A DNA stretch of 64,000 nucleotides, taken from positions 55,192 through 119,191 of IMG/VR virus record IMGVR_UViG_2551306228_000004. One strand, given 5' to 3'. The position numbers and the translations under genes were made by a program. Positions 38,870 through 46,759 of this stretch are shown piece after piece (position 1 is the first letter of the stretch; every line of letters begins with the position of its first letter). Under the pieces are notes generated by a model. That model searched no databases, was not told the origin of the DNA, and saw only the letters and a program-made list of their open reading frames with translations. This DNA is from a virus (taxonomy: Duplodnaviria; Caudoviricetes).

Positions 38870-40129
38870 CTATTTTTCACTTGCTAGAATGGCACATCCA
38901 ATGGCATAGACAACTGTTACCGTCACTCCATTTCCAGCTTGTTTATATAGTTGGGCATCGGAGTTTACTTCTTGGGCTTTTTCGAACAAATCATCCGAAA
39001 ATCCTTGTAGCCGAAAACATTCTCGAGGGGTTAATCGTCTGATTTTTACAACTCGATCATTCCAAACCACAGCACCCATTTGACCACCGCATGATAGGTT
39101 ATGGGCGATTCCTTTCCCAACTCTTGCTCGTCTAGTTGGAGAGTTGGGATAAGATAAATCCACTGAATCACCTACCTCAGCAACTTGATAACCTTGCTTT
39201 GTACCATTTCTGACCTTGATACCTTCAAGAACACCATGGCGGTCTTGAGAGGTCAATGTGAACATTGGCTCATCCTGTTCCTTGAGCCTGCGTCCATTTT
39301 GACGCTTGTTGATTCGATTGGGTGTCAGAATGGGTTGAATTTCTAGTACTCCAGAATTCATAGCCGTCCGTTTTGTAGCTCCAGCAGTATATCGTGCGGT
39401 GATACATCGTGCCTCATCTGTCAACTTTGGTTCGGTCAAAGATTGGTCAATTAGATAAAGACCTGTCCTACAACCAAACCCACCACCATTACCACAAAGA
39501 GTACAAGACACACCGCTTATATCATAGATACGTTTTCCTTGTCTACCACCTACAAGTTGCTTAAGATGGCTACCGCTTTCTCCGCTGATAGGTAGTACTT
39601 TTCGTCGACCTCTGCTTCTAAGATGTCCGAGAGTGTAGATGCGTTCTCGATTTTGGGGAACTCCGTAGTCTTTTGAATTGAACACTTGCCACTCGAGGTC
39701 GTACCCTGCTTCATCCAAGATAGAGAGATAGTCGAGATAATCTCGTCCCCCGCCACTTGATAAAAGTCCCTTAACATTTTCAAGGAGTATCCACTCGGGT
39801 TTATCTTCTTCCTCTTGGCTTTGGAGGATATCAACAAATGTAAAAAAGAGTCCACTTCGTTCACCGTATAGGCCTGCTCGCTTTCCTGCGATAGACACAT
39901 TTTGACAAGGGCTTCCCGCACACCAGAGATCTGCTTTTGGAAGTTGTGTTGGGTCAATGCTTGTGATGTCGTCATGAAACCATTCTCCTTTCGTGTCGTA
40001 CATTACTTCATAAGATTTTCTTGCAAATTTATCCTTTTCACAGTAACCGATACATTTGAAACCAGCTAATTCCAAACCACGACGAAAACCACCCACTCCT
40101 GCAAAGAAATCAAGAAAAGTTAAGGTCAT
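38870..40129 (-). CDS. DNA (cytosine-5) methyltransferase with several TRD-like modules (phage)
   Basis: FAGVGG, GSPCQ, ENV, QNRER, RRLTPRECFRLQGF, KQAGNGV. Confidence 0.93.
   Translation of the reverse strand: MTLTFLDFFAGVGGFRRGLELAGFKCIGYCEKDKFARKSYEVMYDTKGEWFHDDITSIDPTQLPKADLWCAGSPCQNVSIAGKRAGLYGERSGLFFTFVDILQSQEEEDKPEWILLENVKGLLSSGGGRDYLDYLSILDEAGYDLEWQVFNSKDYGVPQNRERIYTLGHLRSRGRRKVLPISGESGSHLKQLVGGRQGKRIYDISGVSCTLCGNGGGFGCRTGLYLIDQSLTEPKLTDEARCITARYTAGATKRTAMNSGVLEIQPILTPNRINKRQNGRRLKEQDEPMFTLTSQDRHGVLEGIKVRNGTKQGYQVAEVGDSVDLSYPNSPTRRARVGKGIAHNLSCGGQMGAVVWNDRVVKIRRLTPRECFRLQGFSDDLFEKAQEVNSDAQLYKQAGNGVTVTVVYAIGCAILASEK
39550..39975 (-). CDS. Nested +1-frame ORF, putative beta subunit of the phage C5 MTase
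   Basis: 141 aa ending LSDILEAEVDEKYYLSAEK; AAAGGAG 9 nt before ATG. Confidence 0.65.
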   Translation of the reverse strand: MTTSQALTQHNFQKQISGVREALVKMCLSQESEQAYTVNEVDSFLHLLISSKAKRKKINPSGYSLKMLRDFYQVAGDEIISTISLSWMKQGTTSSGKCSIQKTTEFPKIENASTLSDILEAEVDEKYYLSAEKAVAILSNL

Positions 40130-41382
40130 ACCGTCTCCTCCATCATTGAATAGGCTTCATCAAAGGTCAAAGTCTGGCCATCACGCAATACCGTCACGTT
40201 ATCATTTCCTGTTGACTCTATATAACGTTTGACAATGACATCCACAAACTTCTCATCCAACTCAATACCGTAACAAACCCTTCCAGTTTGGTCTGCGGCC
40301 ATTAGGGTCGAACCAGAACCAAGGAATGGATCCAGAACAATCGTCCCACGCATCGATGAATTTTGAATAGGATAGGCCATCAGAGGAATTGGTTTCATCG
40401 TTGGGTGGTCTTTACTGGATTTTGGACGGTCATATTCCCAAATGGTTGTCTGTTTACGGTCACTGAACCACTGATGTTTTCCCTTTTGTTTCCAGCCAAA
40501 GAGACATGGTTCATGTTGCCACTGGTAGAGACTACGTCCAAGCACTAATGAATTCTTCTTCCAAATGCAACATCCACTGAGATAAAAACCAGCATCCTTA
40601 AATGCCTTACGGAAGTTCAATCCTTCTGTATCCGCATGAAATACATAGATGGAGGCATCAGATTCTATATGTTTTTCTACCTGAGTGAACATGTCAAAAA
40701 GAAACTGGTAAAAATCACTATCTGGCATATTATCATTGAGAATCTTTCCAGCTGTTTCTTCCACGTCAACATTATAAGGAGGATCGGTCACAACCAAATT
40801 TGCCTTTTTATCACCTAAAAGTTGGTCATACGTTTCAGCTTTAGTTGAATCGCCACAAATCACTCGATGCTTACCAAGTTGCCAAATGTCCCCTCGTTTT
40901 GAAAAGGTTGGTTTCTTCAATTCCTCTTCAACATCAAAGTCATCATCTGATAGGTCTTTATCATGGACATTTGATAGGATATCGTCAATTTCTGGTGGTT
41001 CAAAACCAGTCAGGTCGAGATTGAAATCCGATTCCTGTAAATCCAAAAGCAAGTCCGCCAAAAGCTGGTCATCCCATTGACCGGTGATTTTGTTAAGGGC
41101 AATGTTCAGTGCCTTTTCATCTTCCTTGGATAAATCGACAATGACACATTTGGCAGTTTCATAGTCTAAGTCCTTCAATACAGTTAATCGTTGATGACCA
41201 CCAATTACCGTCAAGTCTTTATTGACGATGATGGGGTCAACGTAACCAAACTTGAGTAGGCTTTGCTTAATCTTTTCATACTCATTGTCACCCTTTTTGA
41301 GTTTCTTTCGAGGATTGTATGAGGCTGGGTGTAGTTCAGATAATCGAATCTCTCTAATTTCCATTGTTGGTTGACTTGTCAT
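40126..41382 (-). CDS. ParB-like domain + amino (N6A/N4C) DNA methyltransferase
   Basis: YNPR...GGHQRL ParB-like N-terminus; TDPPY before DPFLGSGST (beta order); start re-assigned to 41382. Confidence 0.9.
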   Translation of the reverse strand: MTSQPTMEIREIRLSELHPASYNPRKKLKKGDNEYEKIKQSLLKFGYVDPIIVNKDLTVIGGHQRLTVLKDLDYETAKCVIVDLSKEDEKALNIALNKITGQWDDQLLADLLLDLQESDFNLDLTGFEPPEIDDILSNVHDKDLSDDDFDVEEELKKPTFSKRGDIWQLGKHRVICGDSTKAETYDQLLGDKKANLVVTDPPYNVDVEETAGKILNDNMPDSDFYQFLFDMFTQVEKHIESDASIYVFHADTEGLNFRKAFKDAGFYLSGCCIWKKNSLVLGRSLYQWQHEPCLFGWKQKGKHQWFSDRKQTTIWEYDRPKSSKDHPTMKPIPLMAYPIQNSSMRGTIVLDPFLGSGSTLMAADQTGRVCYGIELDEKFVDVIVKRYIESTGNDNVTVLRDGQTLTFDEAYSMMEETV

Positions 41383-41815
41383 TGGTTTCTCCTTTATAAA
41401 AGCGTGATTGGATGTAACACGAATGGCTACAATATTTTCTATTTGGATTGGCATAAGATAAAAATGACCTGCCACATTGTTGGCAAGTCAAATCTTCATA
41501 TGCGGTTTTTGATTTATCGTGTTCGTCAGAATGTGTTGTCCACCAAACCTTACGACACTTATCCGAACAGAACTTCTTTGGTCTTCCTATTTTATGAATT
41601 TTAAGTGTTTGATAACACTGAGGGCAACGGAGTCCGTCATTCTGGTCGGCTTTTGCCATTTGCTTTGTCGCCGCTCCATAACCAAGCAATGCTGGATTTC
41701 GTTTACAGTATTTTTTAACAGAATCTCTGGACAGTCCTGTAGCCTTACCGATTAAGCCATAGCCAAGACCTTCTGCTCGCATTTTCCAGATTTGTTTGCG
41801 TTGACTTTCGTCCAT
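41354..41815 (-). CDS. HTH + Cys-rich zinc-binding protein
   Basis: GLGYGLIGKATGLSRDSVKKYC HTH; CPQC, FCSDKC, CQQC, YCSHSC. Confidence 0.75.
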   Translation of the reverse strand: MDESQRKQIWKMRAEGLGYGLIGKATGLSRDSVKKYCKRNPALLGYGAATKQMAKADQNDGLRCPQCYQTLKIHKIGRPKKFCSDKCRKVWWTTHSDEHDKSKTAYEDLTCQQCGRSFLSYANPNRKYCSHSCYIQSRFYKGETNDKSTNNGN

Positions 41816-41980
41816 TTGTTTTCCTTTCCAGTAAAAAAGGACTAAAAACAATTATTTTCTACATTGTTTCTAGCCTTTTTCACTATTTTATTACCAAAAT
41901 GACATACTAAGGAACGCTACATCCCCATATTAGAAACGAGATAACGGTGGGAACGAACGTAATAATTGAGCGATTTTAAT

Positions 41981-42072
41981 GTACCCGCTTGCGAATTTTG
42001 CGAAATTGCACGTTTGAGGGGGCGTCGGTCTTAGTCTCCCAAGGGTTTAGAGATTTCATCCCCCCTCCCCCA
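41981..42072 (-). other. Probable cos region
   Basis: GGGGAGGGGGATGAAATCTCTA...GACCGACGCCCCC...TTTCGCAAAATTCGCAAG just downstream of the HNH gene, resembling cos regions of HNH/P27-terminase phages. Confidence 0.6.
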
Positions 42073-42113
42073 ATGAGTGAAAAATGAGATACTTTTGGAA
42101 CGAAACTCCAAGA

Positions 42114-42479
42114 CTAAAATCGATACGAATACTCCACATATCGGTCAGTTGTCTTGGTCTTGCGGTCGTGACATGACTTACAAAGTGCTTGCCAGTTGGT
42201 TTGATTCCAAAAGAGGTCTTGGTCACCTCGGTGGGGTGTGATATGGTCAACCACTGTTGCCTTGGTCAATCGACCTTTGACTTTGCATTGAACACAGAGT
42301 GGATGAACTTTTAAGTAACGAAGTCGTTCTTTGTTCCACTGGGCATTGTATCCTTTTGCCTTAGTTGACTTGGTATCCAGTTGGTAGTTTGCTTTATGGG
42401 TCTCACAATACTTGTGACCATAAGGTGCTAGGTTAGGACAACCATTTTGTTTACAAGGTGTGCTTGGTCTTCTTGGCAT
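42114..42479 (-). CDS. Terminase-associated HNH endonuclease
   Basis: HPLCVQC...VVDHITPHRGD...NWQALCKSCHDRKT. Confidence 0.9.
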   Translation of the reverse strand: MPRRPSTPCKQNGCPNLAPYGHKYCETHKANYQLDTKSTKAKGYNAQWNKERLRYLKVHPLCVQCKVKGRLTKATVVDHITPHRGDQDLFWNQTNWQALCKSCHDRKTKTTDRYVEYSYRF

Positions 42480-42503
42480 TTTTCCTCCAAAGAAAAAGTA
42501 CAA

Positions 42504-42874
42504 TTATTCTAGGTAATTGTACTTTACTAATCTATTTATTGCCCTACAAAACAACGTCCATTCTCTTGGAAAATTATTATCGCCCGAGCAATTGTAAGTT
42601 CTTCCATTCATGACAAATGATACATTCCACTGAGTACCATCTAAAATCTCCATCTCATTTGAATAATATTCCTTCCATTCAGACAGTTTCACACGTTTTA
42701 ATTGATTTAAGAAGAAAAATAATCGGAGATCGGAGATTGTTATTATCTCGGCTTCTGTCTCAGGAAATTTTTGGATACTTACCATTTTTTTTCTACGTTA
42801 ATGTCAATTGAAATCATCGGCAACATGAAACTAAATAGTGATACGGTTATAGAAGATACTTGAGGATTGGGCAT
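42504..42874 (-). pseudogene. Moron gene split by an A8 tract
   Basis: Extended -10 TGATATAAT and AAGGAG before ATG 42874; frame stops after A8 at 42785-42792; A9 would fuse it to the 93-aa ORF (123 aa). Confidence 0.6.
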
Positions 42875-42906
42875 ATGAACACTCCTTTTCTCTCTCAATT
42901 ATATCA

Positions 42907-43944
42907 CTATTTCTCCCAAGGAAGATAGTCTTTCGTGAAATGCCCAAAGCAAGTTGTCTCGGTGTAGTCTACATTCAAGAGATGAAGTTCCTCAATGATA
43001 CCTCGTGGTGTTAAATCATAACGCTCACGAATCATTCCTTCCAGTTGTTTTGCGGTGTAGCAACTGGTTCTAAAGGTTTCTACATATACAGACACAGGTT
43101 CTGCAACTCCAATGGCATAGGCTAATTGTACTTCACATCGTTTCGCATACCTTTCTCTAACAATATCCTTGGCAATCTTTCGTGCCATGTATGTAGCTGA
43201 GCGGTCAACCTTGCTTGGGTCTTTTCCAGAGAAAGCACCGCCACCATGATGTGCAAAACCACCATAGGTATCGGCCACAATTTTTCGACCAGTAACTCCT
43301 GCATCCGCAAACGAACCACCAAGAACAAAACGTCCGGTCGGATTGACTAGAACTTTGAAATCTAGATTCTGACGATAACGAAGAGCCACTGACATCATGG
43401 CTTCTGTCACAATTCGCTTTACTTTGGCAAGGTCAGCCGTTTCGGTATGTTGTATGGAAACTAAGAAGGTATCAATTCGTTTCTTCTCATAGTCGTAGGA
43501 AACCTGAGCTTTAGCGTCCTTTCCAAGTAAGGGGTGACCAAGCGACATCAGTTTCTCAAGGACTCGGGTTGCTAGAACATAAGGAAGTGGCAGGTACTCA
43601 GGTGTTTCGTCTGTCGCATAACCAAACATCATTCCTTGATCACCAGCACCTCCATTATCTACTCCTTGTGCAATATCTGAGCTTTGGAGTCCAAGTAGGT
43701 TAGTTACCCGAACATTTTTCATACCAAGTGGCTCGACAACCTGACGAACAATGTTCTCGAGATTAAAGTAATGTCTAGTTGAAATTTCACCAGCTACCAC
43801 AACTTGGTTATCCTTGATTAAAGTCTCAACTGCCACTCGACTTGATTTGTCATACTTTAGACACTCCGTCAAAATGGCATCTGAAATCTGATCACAGATT
43901 TTATCTGGGTGTCCAACTGACACTTGTTCACTAGAAATAATCAT
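42907..43944 (-). CDS. metK: S-adenosylmethionine synthetase (phage-encoded)
   Basis: GHPDKICDQISD, GAGDQG, GRKIVADTYGG, GGGAFSGKD. Confidence 0.93.
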   Translation of the reverse strand: MIISSEQVSVGHPDKICDQISDAILTECLKYDKSSRVAVETLIKDNQVVVAGEISTRHYFNLENIVRQVVEPLGMKNVRVTNLLGLQSSDIAQGVDNGGAGDQGMMFGYATDETPEYLPLPYVLATRVLEKLMSLGHPLLGKDAKAQVSYDYEKKRIDTFLVSIQHTETADLAKVKRIVTEAMMSVALRYRQNLDFKVLVNPTGRFVLGGSFADAGVTGRKIVADTYGGFAHHGGGAFSGKDPSKVDRSATYMARKIAKDIVRERYAKRCEVQLAYAIGVAEPVSVYVETFRTSCYTAKQLEGMIRERYDLTPRGIIEELHLLNVDYTETTCFGHFTKDYLPWEK

Positions 43945-43991
43945 AATTCCTCCACGCAAAAAGCCCAACCTTTATGAGGCTAGGCTTTACT

Positions 43992-44174
43992 TTATTTTAC
44001 TGATTTTTGGCCTGCTTCGTAGGCTCTCTCCAATGCTCTTTTGATACCCCATACCGAAACATCGTAGAAGTCAAGATTGTCGCTCCAACGTTTTTCCAAG
44101 GTTTCTACAAAAAGTTCTTCTTTTGCAATTTCTGTTAAAAGGGCATTGAGTTTTTCTTGTTGACGCTTTGTCAT
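43992..44174 (-). CDS. Small DUF6900-like protein
   Basis: IAKEELFVETLEKRWSDNLDFYDVSVWGIKRALERAYEAG; start 44174. Confidence 0.7.
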   Translation of the reverse strand: MTKRQQEKLNALLTEIAKEELFVETLEKRWSDNLDFYDVSVWGIKRALERAYEAGQKSVK

Positions 44175-44240
44175 GGTATTGTTCTCCTCTTCTTTTGTTG
44201 TGTTCATATTAACTCTAAAAAGGAGATATATCCAGTCATT
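44169..44240 (-). repeat. ~72-bp promoter/RBS leader, copy 2
   Basis: Near-identical to 38771-38842. Confidence 0.85.
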
Positions 44241-44273
44241 ACTGGGTATTTTTTATCTTTTTTGACACTTACA

Positions 44274-44371
44274 ATTCTACCACAAATTTTGACAAAGTGA
44301 GGTCAATGTTAGGTCACACTTAGTGCAGGGGGAGGTTACTGGTAGGGCAAGGGTAGGGCAGGATGAGGTTA
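44274..44371 (-). promoter_or_regulatory. Putative late promoter: seven phased 11-bp repeats plus extended -10
   Basis: TAACCTCATCC TGCCCTACCCT TGCCCTACCAG TAACCTCCCCC TGCACTAAGTG TGACCTAACAT TGACCTCACTT, then TGGTAGAAT. Confidence 0.7.
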
Positions 44372-44845
44372 CTTTTCCAAAGAAAATCCCATTTTCATAT
44401 ACACTTCCCTAACATGATCTAAGACCTTACGTCGCCAATTTCTAACAGTACTTCGACTAATATGAAACTCTCTCATCAAGCTATCCCAATTACTATCTGT
44501 CTTAAGCATGAATTGCGCAAAATCATACAAATCTCCCTTTAGAAATTTTAAAGCCATCTCAAAATTATCAAGGTCATTAGCCAATCGGATATACCGTTGC
44601 GATAAATCCGCCAATTGTTCCTCATTTTCCTGAATCATCTTCTCACGAAAATTCAGCGCAATCATCTCTGACCGTTGATTGGTAGGTGTACTTTTAACTC
44701 TAGGTTCATCAGATTTTTCAAAAACGAGTGAACCAATAACCTCATTTTCTGTCACCGGTTTGAAATGTTCCAAACGATACTTTAACATCTCCAAGTCACT
44801 TTTGAGTTCATTGTAATTCGTCAGTATGTGCTCTGCCTTATCCAT
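44369..44845 (-). CDS. RinA/ArpU-like late transcription activator
   Basis: 158 aa, C-terminal HTH (WDSLMREFHISRSTVRNWRRK), located between helicase and late genes. Confidence 0.7.
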   Translation of the reverse strand: MDKAEHILTNYNELKSDLEMLKYRLEHFKPVTENEVIGSLVFEKSDEPRVKSTPTNQRSEMIALNFREKMIQENEEQLADLSQRYIRLANDLDNFEMALKFLKGDLYDFAQFMLKTDSNWDSLMREFHISRSTVRNWRRKVLDHVREVYMKMGFSLEK

Positions 44846-46214
44846 CTGCCCCTCCTACTTGTGCTTTAACAGCTTCAATCAGCCGTTCTTGTTGTGCATC
44901 TTTGTTTTCTAGTGCCTTGAGAATTTCCTCATCAATCGTTCCTTCAGTCACAATGTGTTGAATAACAACTGTCTCAGCCTCCTGGCCTTGACGCCAAAGT
45001 CGTGCATTTGTTTGTTGGTATAATTCCAAAGACCATGTTAAACCAAACCAGACCAAGTGATGACCGCCTTTTTGGAGGTTCAAACCATGACCTGCTCCAG
45101 CTGGATGAAGTAAGCCAACTGGTACATTGCCCTTGTTCCATTCACGAATATCTTCTTCTGTTTTCAACACCCTATTCTTTACCTTGAGTTTTTCCAAACG
45201 ACCAATAATCCGAGCCAAGTCATGTTTGAACCAATAGGCAACTAAGACAGGCTCTCCATTTGCGGATTCAAGGATATCTTCAAGGGCATCTAGTTTTTGT
45301 TCATGAAGTGGCACAACCATATGATCATCAGAATATACAGCACCATTAGATAACTGAACTAACTTGTTCGTAAGGCTTGCAGCATTGGCAGCAGTTACTT
45401 CTAATCCATCCAACTCGGATAATACATACTCCTTCTTGAACTGGCTGTATTTCTCTTTTTCTTTATCTGTCATACGAACCAGTTTCTTGGTTGAAATCAG
45501 TTCAGGCATCTCCAGATAGTCTAATGCTTTCATGGAAATGGTAATATCACTAATCTTGTCTTGAATTTGACACTCCGCATAATCCATGGGGATATATTCA
45601 TAGACAATGTTTCCATTGCGACGTCCTTCTTCAAAGTAGCGACTACGAAACTCACCGATGAAGCGACCAAGACGTTCTCCTCCGTCAATGACTTTAAACT
45701 CTGCGAACAAGTCCATTAGTCCGTTTGAACTTGGTGTCCCAGTCAACCCAACGATACGTTTCATGTAAGGTCGCATAGCCATGAAGGCTTTGAAACGTTT
45801 GGACTGCCAAGACTTGAAAGAACTCAATTCATCAATAACAACCATATCCCACTTGAAATACGGACTGCATTGTTCCACCAACCAAGGGAGGTTTTCACGA
45901 TTGACGATATAGATATCCGCATCTTTCTGAAGCGCTACTTTTCGTTGCCTGGGAGTACCGACAATTTTCGAATACCGTAAATGACGCAACTCAGCCCATT
46001 GCTCAATCTCATCACTCCATACTGTATTTGCGACCCGAAGTGGGGCAATAACCAAAACCTTTGTGACTTCAAATCGGTCAAACATCAATTCATTCACTGC
46101 AGACAAGGTTGTTGCCGTCTTCCCCATCCCCATGTCTAGGATGACTGCTGCATATGGGTGACCTATGATGAAGTCCTTGGCGACTACTTGATAGTTATGT
46201 AATGTCAATTTCAT
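44838..46214 (-). CDS. SNF2-family helicase
   Basis: DMGMGKT, VIDELS, LTGTP, QTNARLWRQGQ. Confidence 0.92.
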   Translation of the reverse strand: MKLTLHNYQVVAKDFIIGHPYAAVILDMGMGKTATTLSAVNELMFDRFEVTKVLVIAPLRVANTVWSDEIEQWAELRHLRYSKIVGTPRQRKVALQKDADIYIVNRENLPWLVEQCSPYFKWDMVVIDELSSFKSWQSKRFKAFMAMRPYMKRIVGLTGTPSSNGLMDLFAEFKVIDGGERLGRFIGEFRSRYFEEGRRNGNIVYEYIPMDYAECQIQDKISDITISMKALDYLEMPELISTKKLVRMTDKEKEKYSQFKKEYVLSELDGLEVTAANAASLTNKLVQLSNGAVYSDDHMVVPLHEQKLDALEDILESANGEPVLVAYWFKHDLARIIGRLEKLKVKNRVLKTEEDIREWNKGNVPVGLLHPAGAGHGLNLQKGGHHLVWFGLTWSLELYQQTNARLWRQGQEAETVVIQHIVTEGTIDEEILKALENKDAQQERLIEAVKAQVGGADG

Positions 46215-46476
46215 CTAACACTTCTCCAATCATCTCAATGCGGTCAATGACATAAACCGTAAAGCCTAACCGCTCGAACAGTTTATGTCTTGACACTTGT
46301 AACTTCCTTGGCTTCTGGTCGGGAGCCTTTACTTCCACCAAGCCAAACTTGCCATTGGGTAAAAACACCAACCTGTCTGGTACACCAGAAAAAGATGGTG
46401 ATACCCACTTAGGACAAATGCCTCCTCTAGCTTTCACAGACTTCACCAAAGCTTGCTCAACGTACTTTTCTCTCAT
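46195..46476 (-). CDS. VRR-NUC nuclease
   Basis: MREKYVE...GVPDRL...VEVKAP. Confidence 0.88.
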   Translation of the reverse strand: MREKYVEQALVKSVKARGGICPKWVSPSFSGVPDRLVFLPNGKFGLVEVKAPDQKPRKLQVSRHKLFERLGFTVYVIDRIEMIGEVLDEIDIT

Positions 46477-46502
46477 CGTTCTAAATCCTTTCGTCAAATT
46501 GA

Positions 46503-46745
46503 AGTGTGTAGGTCTAGTGCAGTCATTTCCAAAACTCCTCTTATAGGCTTTTTTATAGTAATTTTTGCTTATAGGATAGTTTTAGAAAAGACCATAATAG
46601 ACCTACACAAAATCAAAAAATGTCACTCATGTTGGTCGTTTTAATCATTTATCTGAAACCTCATTCAAAATAAGTTCCAACCATTCAGTCAACGACCTAC
46701 ACACCTAAATTAGTCCATCACCTCTCTTGTGGAGGTAAGGTGGCT
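46503..46745. repeat. Probable phage replication origin with GACCTACAC repeats
   Basis: GTGTAGGTC 46506-46514 inverted to GACCTACAC 46600-46608 and 46694-46702, AT-rich core, just downstream of the P4-type primase. Confidence 0.55.
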
Positions 46746-46759
46746 AAAAATGCTGGTCA

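Noticed and set aside
38771-44240. 72-bp direct repeats as ends of an excisable cassette
   Set aside because: They include RBS and ATG and enclose cos/HNH, whose loss would block packaging; better explained as shared promoters
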